Shown in pieces: positions 24,633-32,141 of a stretch of 32,141 nucleotides of DNA (its first letter is position 1; each line of letters begins with the position of its first letter). The translations under genes were made by a program, and so were the position numbers. Source of the DNA: a virus (Duplodnaviria; Caudoviricetes); IMG/VR virus record IMGVR_UViG_3300042308_001312, positions 1 through 32,141 of that record. The stretch is one strand, 5' to 3'. Under the pieces are notes generated by a model. That model did not search any database. It was not told where the DNA came from and saw only the letters and a list, made by a program, of their open reading frames with translations.

Positions 24633-25892
24633 GTGGCAACCGTCCCCCTCGAGCTCCCCGCCCTCTACGGCCGCCAACACGACGCGATAACGGACCCTCG
24701 GCGGATTGTGTGCATCGAGTCGACGACCAAGGCCGGGAAGACCTTGGGTTGCATCGTTTGGCAGATCGGGCAAATGATGGGGGCCGGTGAAGACACCGAA
24801 CATTGGTGGGTCGCGCCCGTCTACGAGCAGTCGATGATGGCCTACCGCCTCGCGTGGTCGCTACTGCGGGGCCAACCGGGGTTCGCCCAGGCGAAGGCCG
24901 AGAAGGCGATCACGGGGCCGGGTAACCGCCGTTGGAGCTTCCGCTCGGCCGACAACGCAGACTCGCTCTACGGGTCGGCCGTCCACTCCCTCGTCCTCGA
25001 CGAATGCTCTCGAATGAAGGACGACGCCGTCGACGCCTGTTTCTCGACGACGACCCGAACTCGAGGTCGGATCCGGTGCATCGGCAACGTCCGAGGTCGG
25101 GCCAACCGCCACTACCAGTTCTCGCGCAAGGGAGAGGCGGGCGAGGAGGGGTTCGGGTACCATCGGATCACGGCCGACGACGCGGTCGCGGCGGGTATCT
25201 TCTCCCGCTCCGACCTCGCCATGGCGCAACGGACCCTCCCCGAGGCGGTCTTCCGCGAGCTTTACTACTGCGAGCCCGCAGACGACGGGGCCAACCCGTT
25301 CGGGATCGACGCGATTCGGAACTGCGCCGAGCTGTGCAATGGGAAGGCCTCGGCGGACACGGTCCGGGTCTGGGGTCTCGACATCGCTCGGAAGCGGGAC
25401 TGGGCGGTCCTTATCGGCCTCGACGGTCACCGGCGGGTCGCTCGTTTCCACCGGTGGCATGGTCTCTCGTATGGGGCTCTCGTCGAGGAGGTCGTCCGCC
25501 TGGTAGGCAAGGGGTCGAAGGCGTGCGTCTTCTACGACGCGACGGGAGTGGGCGACGCGGTCGGCGAACAGATCACCGCGGCGCGGGTCTGGGCGGAGCC
25601 CTTCATCTTCTCCTCGGCCTCGAAACAGGGCCTCATGGAGGGGCTCGCCCTCGCCCTTCAACAGGGGCGGACCACGGTCCTCGACGGCGTCCACCGGTCG
25701 GAGCTCGAGGCGTTCGAGTACGACGTCAAGGCGGGACGGGTCGTCTACGGGTCCCCGTCGGGGTCCCACGATGATACGGTTTGCGCCCACGCCCTCGCGT
25801 GGTATGGAGCGGAGAAACTAGGGGTCCGCCCTGCGGGCCGCGTTGCTATCCTCGGGACTGCGACGGTGACGAAGGGTGCGACGACATGGTAA
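24633..25892 (+). CDS. terL: Terminase large subunit
   Basis: TKAGKT Walker A, WWVAP...Q, FRSAD...L.G and LVLDE Walker B. Nuclease motifs GLDIA...D, DATGVG and G.HDD.V.A. Confidence 0.93.
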   Translation: MATVPLELPALYGRQHDAITDPRRIVCIESTTKAGKTLGCIVWQIGQMMGAGEDTEHWWVAPVYEQSMMAYRLAWSLLRGQPGFAQAKAEKAITGPGNRRWSFRSADNADSLYGSAVHSLVLDECSRMKDDAVDACFSTTTRTRGRIRCIGNVRGRANRHYQFSRKGEAGEEGFGYHRITADDAVAAGIFSRSDLAMAQRTLPEAVFRELYYCEPADDGANPFGIDAIRNCAELCNGKASADTVRVWGLDIARKRDWAVLIGLDGHRRVARFHRWHGLSYGALVEEVVRLVGKGSKACVFYDATGVGDAVGEQITAARVWAEPFIFSSASKQGLMEGLALALQQGRTTVLDGVHRSELEAFEYDVKAGRVVYGSPSGSHDDTVCAHALAWYGAEKLGVRPAGRVAILGTATVTKGATTW

Positions 25893-28800
25893 GAGGCCCG
25901 ATCCTTGACTCCCAAGGCCGCGAGATCCCGACCGCCCAGGTGACCGAAAGGACCAACCTTATCGGCGCCCGAAACTACCGAGGAGGCCTCCCAGACGCGG
26001 ACGCCAACCTCTCGTTCATCCCGTCCGAGCGGCGGGGTATCGCGGGCCTCCAAGGCAAGTTTCAAGAAATGATGACGACCCACGTCGGGATCGCCTCGGC
26101 GGTCTACTGGGCGATCACGGAAGGCGCGGCCCTCCCGAAGGAGATCGTTTGGCCGCATCGCCACGAGCCGGGGACCGAGGAGAAGGCCTTCATGGACCTC
26201 TGCCAAACGGCGTGCATAGACGACGCGGTCGTCTACGACGGAATGGTCGAGGGCGAGACGGCCCTCTGGGCGTACCCCCTCCTCGACGCCTTCATGGGGT
26301 TCGGCCTCATGTTCCCGCGTATGCTCTCCGGCGGTTCGGTCGAGTGGTACCCAGTCGCCCACAACGCCATTATGCTCTGGAAACCGAACGGCTACCTGTT
26401 CGGCGGAGCTCGGTTCTCGACCCCGAACGGCTACGATGACCTCGACGCCGACCAGTTGGTCCACACCGTCCACGGGTTCGCGGGCGCGGGTGAGTTCGAG
26501 GGCCGGTCGATCCTCCGCGACTGCGTCCAACCTTTCGAGCTCTGGAAGCAGATCGCGATCAACGCGGGCGTCTACAACCAACTCGCGTGGGGTTTCCTTG
26601 ACATCGCCTACGAGCCCTCGGTCGGCGAGGCGGACGTGGCGGCGTTCAACGAGTTTGGTCAACAGTTCCAGGACGGCCAACGAAAGTACATCCTCCGCCC
26701 GCAGGCGGTCTCGGTCGAGATGAAGTACCCGAGCGGGTCACCTCCCGACGTGGTCGGGCAACTCGAGTACTGGGACCGACAGATCGAGAAGAAGTTGAAC
26801 GCTCCTCTCGCGGGGATAACGCAGTTCGGGTCGCGGGCCATGGCCGAGACGTTGGACGGGGCGCAAGGTCGGAAAGCGAAGGCGTGGATCAACTCCATCT
26901 TCGACCGACAGTCTCGCGGGATGTTCCGTTGGTTGGCGAACCAGGTAGGCTACGAGGGTCGCCTCCCGAAGCTTCAAGTCCAGTCGGCCGAACTCACAAC
27001 CGGTTTCGACGGTTGGTCGGCCTACGTCAACGGGATCCAAGCGGGTCTCCTAACTCGCGGCCCCGACGACGAGAAGTGGGCGCGTCGTGTCATCGGCGCC
27101 CCCGAGCTCCCCGTCGAGGTAGTGGCCGACCTCCCCGAACCGGTTGGGACTGCGACGGCGACGACTGCGACGCAGGTGTTGGGTATGCTCTCCCCGAACT
27201 CGGCGACGCCTCTCGCCCCCGAGGCGGCTGTCATCCTCTTGACGATCTCGGGCCTCGCGGAGCCGATCGCCCGTCAACTCGTCGACGCGCAGACGCGGCT
27301 CGCGGCCATGGTCGCAGCTCCTCCGGCGGTCGCAGCTCCGGCGGTCCCAGTTGTCCAGGCGGAAGGCGTCCCCGCAGTCGCGACCCCGCAGGTCGTCCTC
27401 GAGGGGAACGTCGAGGTCCCCGCAGCGATCGGCGAGGCGTCGGCGTTCGCGCCGGTGTCTCCAACCCTCTCGGCGTCGGAGCTCGCCGAATCGGACGTCA
27501 ACCTCGCCCCGACGAAGGCCATGGCCGAGGTCGCAGCTCGCGCCCTCGAGTGGCGTCGGGAGCATGGTCGAGGCGGAACGGAGGTCGGGGTCGCCCGAGC
27601 TCGTGACATCTCGAACGAGAAGAACCTCTCCCCGGAGACGGTCCGTCGGATGCGGGCCTACTTCACGCGACACGGCTCGGACTCGAAGGCGGAAGGGTTC
27701 AACCAGGGCGAGGACGGGTTCCCCTCGGCGGGTCGCATCGCGTGGGACTTGTGGGGCGGCGACGCGGGCGCGGCATGGGCCGAGCGGAAGGTCGCGGAGC
27801 TCGAGCGAGCCTCGGCATCGAGCCTCGCGGCGACACTGGGCGAACACCCCGAGGTGATCGTCCCCGACAACGTTATGTCGGCGGCGGCGGCGGCGATCCT
27901 CGCCCACCGGGTCGCAGGCAAGGCGCGGACGACCGACTCCGAGGCCCTTATGCTCGCCCGTGACCTCGCGGCGGGCAAGCGTCTCGCGTGGTCTCGCGTC
28001 CTCGGTCTCGCGGACTACTTCTCCAAGGTCTACCCGCGCCACTCCTCCTCGAAGTCCTTCGCGGACGGCGGCCCCTCCTTCCACGCCTACGCCCTGCGGG
28101 GCGGGGACGCGGCTCGGTCGTGGGTTCGGTCGCTCCTCGTGGGGTACGCTACCCGCGCCCACCGGACGGCCTCGACGTTGGGCGAGCTCGGCGGCGACCT
28201 CGGCGACGGGGAAGGGGAAGGGGTCCTAGTAGTCGGCGGCGACGGCCTCCCCTTTACGACGTACAGGGAACTCCGCCTCGAGGAGACGGTGGTCGGTTGG
28301 GTCACCCTCGCGGAGACGCGGAACGACCTCGACGCCCGCCTAGCGGTAGCGATCGACGAGATCTCCGGTCGTCATCGGCAAGCGGTGATCTCGGGTCTCG
28401 CGGACGGTTGGCAAGCGGGCGAGCGGGATCGGATCTGGGCGACCTTCGTCGCCGAGTACCAGGCGGCGTTGACATCGGCGGCGGGGACGCTGCGGTCTGC
28501 GACGGAGGCCGAGGTCCTCGACGAGATCAAGCGGTCGGTTCGGTCTGGGACCGCAGCGGCGGCGGCGACGCAGACCCCCGAGATAGCAGCTCGAGCGGCG
28601 GCGGCGACGACGGCGGCGAACGCCCAGTTTGCGACCGCAGCGGCGGCGACGCAGAAGGCCGGGGAGGTCATCGCGGACCGTGTCCAGGGTGAAGTCGAGG
28701 CGGCGATCCTAGCGGGCGGCGACCTCGACAACTTCGTGACTCGGATCACGATCGCAGGCCTCGTCAAGGAGGCGGCCGGAGCTCGTAACATGGTGGCCTC

Positions 28801-29044
28801 GGCCTCTCGGATGGGGGCCTATGCCTCGGCCCCTGCGATGGACCTCCCAGTCCCGAACAAGGTCATCCGGTCGAGCATCCCCGACTCGAACCGGTGCGAG
28901 GTTTGCGCGGCGGCGGACGGGGACACCTACGACGTGGCCTCGTTTGTCGTAGGGGGCGAGTTGAAGCTCCCCCCGCTCCCCGACCCGAACTGCGAGGGCC
29001 GCTCGGACTGCCGCTGCGGTTACATTGGAGTCTACACGCGATGA
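25886..29044 (+). CDS. Portal (DUF935/Mu gp29-like) fused to two tandem ~95-aa domains and a MuF-like head morphogenesis domain (1052 aa)
   Basis: ATG 25886 overlaps the terL end. LDA..GF, G.SILR and YWDRQIEK....GSRAMAE resemble DUF935 portals. C-terminal D...CEVC...DG...PP...PNC.....CRC is MuF/SPP1 gp7-like. Confidence 0.8.
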   Translation: MVRGPILDSQGREIPTAQVTERTNLIGARNYRGGLPDADANLSFIPSERRGIAGLQGKFQEMMTTHVGIASAVYWAITEGAALPKEIVWPHRHEPGTEEKAFMDLCQTACIDDAVVYDGMVEGETALWAYPLLDAFMGFGLMFPRMLSGGSVEWYPVAHNAIMLWKPNGYLFGGARFSTPNGYDDLDADQLVHTVHGFAGAGEFEGRSILRDCVQPFELWKQIAINAGVYNQLAWGFLDIAYEPSVGEADVAAFNEFGQQFQDGQRKYILRPQAVSVEMKYPSGSPPDVVGQLEYWDRQIEKKLNAPLAGITQFGSRAMAETLDGAQGRKAKAWINSIFDRQSRGMFRWLANQVGYEGRLPKLQVQSAELTTGFDGWSAYVNGIQAGLLTRGPDDEKWARRVIGAPELPVEVVADLPEPVGTATATTATQVLGMLSPNSATPLAPEAAVILLTISGLAEPIARQLVDAQTRLAAMVAAPPAVAAPAVPVVQAEGVPAVATPQVVLEGNVEVPAAIGEASAFAPVSPTLSASELAESDVNLAPTKAMAEVAARALEWRREHGRGGTEVGVARARDISNEKNLSPETVRRMRAYFTRHGSDSKAEGFNQGEDGFPSAGRIAWDLWGGDAGAAWAERKVAELERASASSLAATLGEHPEVIVPDNVMSAAAAAILAHRVAGKARTTDSEALMLARDLAAGKRLAWSRVLGLADYFSKVYPRHSSSKSFADGGPSFHAYALRGGDAARSWVRSLLVGYATRAHRTASTLGELGGDLGDGEGEGVLVVGGDGLPFTTYRELRLEETVVGWVTLAETRNDLDARLAVAIDEISGRHRQAVISGLADGWQAGERDRIWATFVAEYQAALTSAAGTLRSATEAEVLDEIKRSVRSGTAAAAATQTPEIAARAAAATTAANAQFATAAAATQKAGEVIADRVQGEVEAAILAGGDLDNFVTRITIAGLVKEAAGARNMVASASRMGAYASAPAMDLPVPNKVIRSSIPDSNRCEVCAAADGDTYDVASFVVGGELKLPPLPDPNCEGRSDCRCGYIGVYTR

Positions 29045-29298
29045 CCGCAGTAGTCGCAGTCGCAGTCGGGGACGGTGTACTTCGTCGGCGAGCTCCCCGC
29101 TCCCCGCTCGAGGTGGGGGAGGACGCCCTCCTCGTAGAGTCGCCCGAGCTCGGCGCGGACGGCCTTCGGCGAGGTCCCGGCGGGCCACTGGGTAGCCTTC
29201 GCGAGGAGTCGCGATAGGTGTTCGGGGCTAGGGTGGTGGTCGACCGAGTGACACTTGGTCAAAAGATCGAGCAAGATCCGCTGTCTTCGGGTTAGCAT
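29032..29298 (-). CDS. Stand-alone winged-helix DNA-binding protein (HrcA/LexA N-domain-like) with CxCxxC tail
   Basis: MLTRRQRILL...SPKAVRAELGRLYEEGVL.....AGSSPT. SD AGAGGGA before the ATG. Fills the otherwise empty portal-protease gap. Confidence 0.7.
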   Translation of the reverse strand: MLTRRQRILLDLLTKCHSVDHHPSPEHLSRLLAKATQWPAGTSPKAVRAELGRLYEEGVLPHLERGAGSSPTKYTVPDCDCDYCGHRV

Positions 29299-29410
29299 CG
29301 TTCCCTCTCGCGATAGGGGTGGGCCTAGTTGGTCGCTCGGCGTGCTACCAGACCGCCTAGAGGGGGTCTAGGGCTAGCGGGACTGCGGTAGACGGTGCAT
29401 CGTAGGCCCC

Positions 29411-30649
29411 ATGCGTTCCTCCCGTCTCAAACTCCGCACTGTCTCGATCGACCTGGGCGACGACTCCGGCCTCCGGTGGGTCTCTCTCGTTCCTCGAGGT
29501 GTGATCCACGCCCACGGGATGAAGTGGGACTTCAACGCCGAGGAGACGAACCCCGACGAGCTGCGGTTCCGTTGGGAGGACGCGGTCGCCTCGGTCCAAC
29601 GTTGGCTCCTCTCGTTCGCGCCTCCGGTGGCGATCGAGCATGACAAGAACGGGACGGCGGCGGGCTACCTTCGACGGGTGGTCTCCTTGACCCAGTCGGA
29701 GGCCGCGGCCCATGGCATCGCCCAACCCTCCTCGGAAATGCTCTACGGCGGCCTCGACCTCACGTCCCCCAAGTGGGCGGCGGCCTTCGACGACGGCGAG
29801 GTCCCCTACGTCTCGCCGAACATTCGCGCCTGGGCGGGGACGGAGCTCGACGAGGTCCCCGAGTACCCCTTCGCGATCGGGGAAATCTCGTTCGTGACCA
29901 TACCCCAGATCAAGGCCCAACAGGTTCCCGTCGCAGAGATGCGCGGGGTCTCTCTCTCCGAAGGTGACACGATGTACAAGATGACGATGGAAGAATGTGC
30001 GGCCTACTGCGCCGAGAACGGGATGGACGAGATGGCGATCGCCGCTCTGATCTCGAAGCTGTTCCCCGAGCTCCACAAGGCCGAACACGCCGCAAACCCC
30101 GAGCTCGCGGAGACGGCCCCCGAGGCCGACCCCGAGGCCCTCGAGGGTGCCGCTCTGGAACTCCAGAAGGCCGCCCAGGAGATCGAGGAGAAGAAGGTCG
30201 AGGAGGACGCTACCCTCTCGGAGGTCAAGCGTCTGAAGGCCGACCTCTCGGCCGCTCGTCGGGCTGTCGCCCTTGCCAACGTCAAGGTCGCCCTCGGGAA
30301 CCGCAAGGTCTCCCCGCAGACCGAGTCCATGCTCGCGGACGCCTTCATCGTTGGCGGCGGCAAGTTCGAGGCCCTCTTGAAGGACCTCTCGACCCCGACC
30401 GCTCGCCCCTCCGCACCGGTGGCCCGTACCATCGCCCCCATGGGCCGCAACGCCTCGTCGGTCTCGCTCTCCGAGGTCATGGGCCGCCCCGAGCGGTTCG
30501 CCGAGCTCTCCGAGGACGCGCAGTGGAAGTTGATCGTCGAGCTCTCCGAGAAGGAGAAGTGTCACCCGGCCTTCGCGGCCTCGTGGATCACGTTCGGCGA
30601 GACTCCGTCCACGGTCGTCGAGCAGCGTGCGACCAAAGGCATTTTCTAA
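29411..30649 (+). CDS. Mu gpI-like prohead protease with C-terminal scaffold
   Basis: IEH....AAGY, YVSP and SFVTIP.I match the Mu-like protease H/S motifs. Acidic coiled-coil C-terminal half. Lies between portal and capsid. Confidence 0.8.
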   Translation: MRSSRLKLRTVSIDLGDDSGLRWVSLVPRGVIHAHGMKWDFNAEETNPDELRFRWEDAVASVQRWLLSFAPPVAIEHDKNGTAAGYLRRVVSLTQSEAAAHGIAQPSSEMLYGGLDLTSPKWAAAFDDGEVPYVSPNIRAWAGTELDEVPEYPFAIGEISFVTIPQIKAQQVPVAEMRGVSLSEGDTMYKMTMEECAAYCAENGMDEMAIAALISKLFPELHKAEHAANPELAETAPEADPEALEGAALELQKAAQEIEEKKVEEDATLSEVKRLKADLSAARRAVALANVKVALGNRKVSPQTESMLADAFIVGGGKFEALLKDLSTPTARPSAPVARTIAPMGRNASSVSLSEVMGRPERFAELSEDAQWKLIVELSEKEKCHPAFAASWITFGETPSTVVEQRATKGIF

Positions 30650-30694
30650 CTCGATCAACCAACCCCCACGCCCTGCGGGGCTAGGAGAAACCAC

Positions 30695-31135
30695 ATGGCC
30701 TTCGGATACGTCACCTACAAGAACTTCGCTCCGGTCAACCAGATCGCGTCCAACCTCACGAACTCGGAGGGTTGCGGCCTCAAGTTGGACGCGGAGGGAA
30801 CTGTCTCCCTCGCGGTCACGACTGGCTCGCTTCCCTACGCGATCGTCGCGGTCGGTACCGACTCGATCACCCCCGGCACCTACCCCTCGCCGCCGGTCGC
30901 GGGCTCCCTCGAGGTGATCGACCAGTTGGGCGTCGCCGTACAGGCCCGCGCCTCGGACGCGGGCTCCATCGCCGCGGGCGACTACATCATGATCGACCCG
31001 GCCGCGAGCGTCCCCGGTTCGTTCCTCGCGGACAACACTCCGGCCTCGACGAAGTTCGTGTGGGGTATCGCCCTCACCGACTGCGCGGCCAACGAGCAGT
31101 TCATCCTCCGCTTCGCGCCCTTCATCGCCGCCTAA
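30695..31135 (+). CDS. Head decoration / capsid cement protein
   Basis: 146 aa with SD AGGAG. Motifs G.IAAGD.I and WGIAL...AA..Q.I. Lies between scaffold and capsid. Confidence 0.65.
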   Translation: MAFGYVTYKNFAPVNQIASNLTNSEGCGLKLDAEGTVSLAVTTGSLPYAIVAVGTDSITPGTYPSPPVAGSLEVIDQLGVAVQARASDAGSIAAGDYIMIDPAASVPGSFLADNTPASTKFVWGIALTDCAANEQFILRFAPFIAA

Positions 31136-31176
31136 CAACTCGCGCCCTCCGCGCCCCTTTTCGATCGAGGTAGCCT

Positions 31177-32141
31177 ATGTCCTTCGCTTTCCCCTCAACT
31201 GGCGTCAACTCCGGTGCGTTGCGCCCCGGAATCCTTCAACGGATCTCCCTCTACCGTGGCGGTTCGGACTCGGCGGTCTCGCTCGAGCTCTCCCCGATCG
31301 TCAAGGTCATGACCCGCGCCGGGTTCTACCACTACTTCGCCGAGAACGACGCCCTCCCGACGACCGGCGCACAGGGCATCAAGCCGATCGAGCTTGACAC
31401 CCCCGCCGTCCCGGGTGGCCTCCGCATCGCGAGCGGCTCCTACAACTCCTCGGTCTACCGTTGGGGTCACCAGGTCTTCACGTTGAAGCAGATCCAGGAG
31501 TTCGCGGCTCGCGCCGAGGACATTACGGCGGTCTTCGCGATGAAGCTCCAGACGCAGGGCGCACAGCACCACGCGGCGGTCGTCGGCTCGGCTCTCTCGA
31601 CGCAGGGCAACTACGGCTCGAACCTCGCGGTGACGAACGGCGGCGCGGCCTCTGCGGCCCTCCAGTCGACGTTCAACTCCCTTCTCCTCGCCTCGGCGGC
31701 GGACGGTGCGGACATCTTCACCGGCCGTTGGGTTGCGGTCTGTAACCTCAACACGGCGAACGTCCTTCTCCAGAAGAACGAGGTGCAGCAGATGGGCTAC
31801 TCCATCGCGGCGGCTACGGTCGGCGGCGCACTCGCCCAGGCCCGCACCGGCGCGGCCGATTGGTCGCAGTTGAAGGCCTTCTTCGCCTCGAAGCTGATCT
31901 GCCCGGTGGACTTCGTCTGCCTCCCGCAGTTCCTCCCCTCGGCGTCGTCGCAGACTGGGACGCCGGTTATGTCGGACGGTATCGTCGCCCTCTACAAAGT
32001 GGCCGAGGCGAACGGCGACTCGGGTTTCATCCAGACCTTCACGCCCGACCCGAACGCGGCTCTGGGACAGGTCATCTCCTACGACTCGCAAAACCCCCGC
32101 GGGATCGCGATGTACATTGAATCGGACTACGCCGTCCAGGT
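31177..32141 (+). CDS. Major capsid protein (338 aa in total; continues to TAG 179)
   Basis: ATG 31177 with GAGG upstream. Open frame MSFAFPSTGVNSGALRPG...LSPIVKV...GFYHYF runs to the contig end and through the overlap. Size and position fit an HK97-fold capsid. Confidence 0.8.
   Translation, partial: MSFAFPSTGVNSGALRPGILQRISLYRGGSDSAVSLELSPIVKVMTRAGFYHYFAENDALPTTGAQGIKPIELDTPAVPGGLRIASGSYNSSVYRWGHQVFTLKQIQEFAARAEDITAVFAMKLQTQGAQHHAAVVGSALSTQGNYGSNLAVTNGGAASAALQSTFNSLLLASAADGADIFTGRWVAVCNLNTANVLLQKNEVQQMGYSIAAATVGGALAQARTGAADWSQLKAFFASKLICPVDFVCLPQFLPSASSQTGTPVMSDGIVALYKVAEANGDSGFIQTFTPDPNAALGQVISYDSQNPRGIAMYIESDYAVQ
32015..32141. repeat. Terminal direct repeat, right copy
   Basis: Identical to 1-127. 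Confidence 0.97.

Noticed and set aside
24630-24635. TAG read-through or amber recoding (terS TAG is directly in frame with terL GTG; also in frame at 3960/3964 and 5796/5806; many genes end in TAG)
   Set aside because: Only about 3 of 11 TAG junctions checked are in frame, as expected by chance. Conserved genes are intact under the standard code, terL and 5806 have their own SD, and I saw no suppressor tRNA.
29292-29347. CIRCE element next to the HrcA-like gene (TTAGCA ... GTGCTA)
   Set aside because: The half-sites are partial and far more than 9 bp apart. The first one is simply the gene's own start codons.
3536-30045. Frequent GCGATCGC (HIP1) as evidence of a cyanobacterial host
   Set aside because: About a dozen copies were seen, mostly as Ala-Ile-Ala codons within a general TCG/CGA bias. 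There are no cyanophage marker genes.
29357-31138. Long antisense/alternate-frame ORFs (593 aa here; also 1954..3228, 27050..28162, 20657..21760, 31195..32091)
   Set aside because: These are shadow ORFs of GC-rich genes with strong third-position bias. They are Arg/Gly-rich without motifs and fully overlap well-supported genes.
32015-32141. 127-bp terminal repeat as a biological DTR or att site
   Set aside because: It lies mid-capsid gene and equals a common assembler k-mer length (127). It is best explained as a circularisation overlap.

Overview
This is a complete, circularly assembled, GC-rich tailed phage genome of 32,014 unique bp. Bases 1-127 repeat 32015-32141 exactly, and the join falls inside the major capsid gene. 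The plus-strand late arm runs terS, terL, a 1052-aa portal fusion (DUF935-like portal + two tandem copies of a ~95-aa domain + MuF-like C-terminus), Mu-like prohead protease/scaffold, decoration protein and major capsid (wraps the origin). It continues with neck/tail-completion genes, tail tube, a tail chaperone with a -1 frameshift, tape measure, four tail-tip genes and a CHAP endolysin/holin cassette. There is no sheath gene, so it looks siphovirus-like. The minus-strand early arm carries a TOPRIM primase-DUF927 helicase, YqaJ exonuclease, RecT, an HTH protein, a DUF3223(DCL)-HNH-like protein, a RuvC-like resolvase, a phage Dam-type methyltransferase and small unknown ORFs. A TGTTCCC iteron array (likely origin) separates the arms. 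I recognised no integrase, transposase, CI repressor, tRNA or CRISPR array. The best leads are: (1) a portal polyprotein whose domain joints carry the same L-[S/A/G]-E motif that punctuates the scaffold, suggesting protease processing; (2) an antisense, stand-alone HrcA-like winged helix inside the head operon; (3) twin early-promoter modules sharing a 15-mer; (4) a gene bracketed by 23-bp direct repeats between exo and recT; (5) apparent absence of CCAGC/GCTGG. All protein calls come from motif recognition by eye and gene order, not from database searches.
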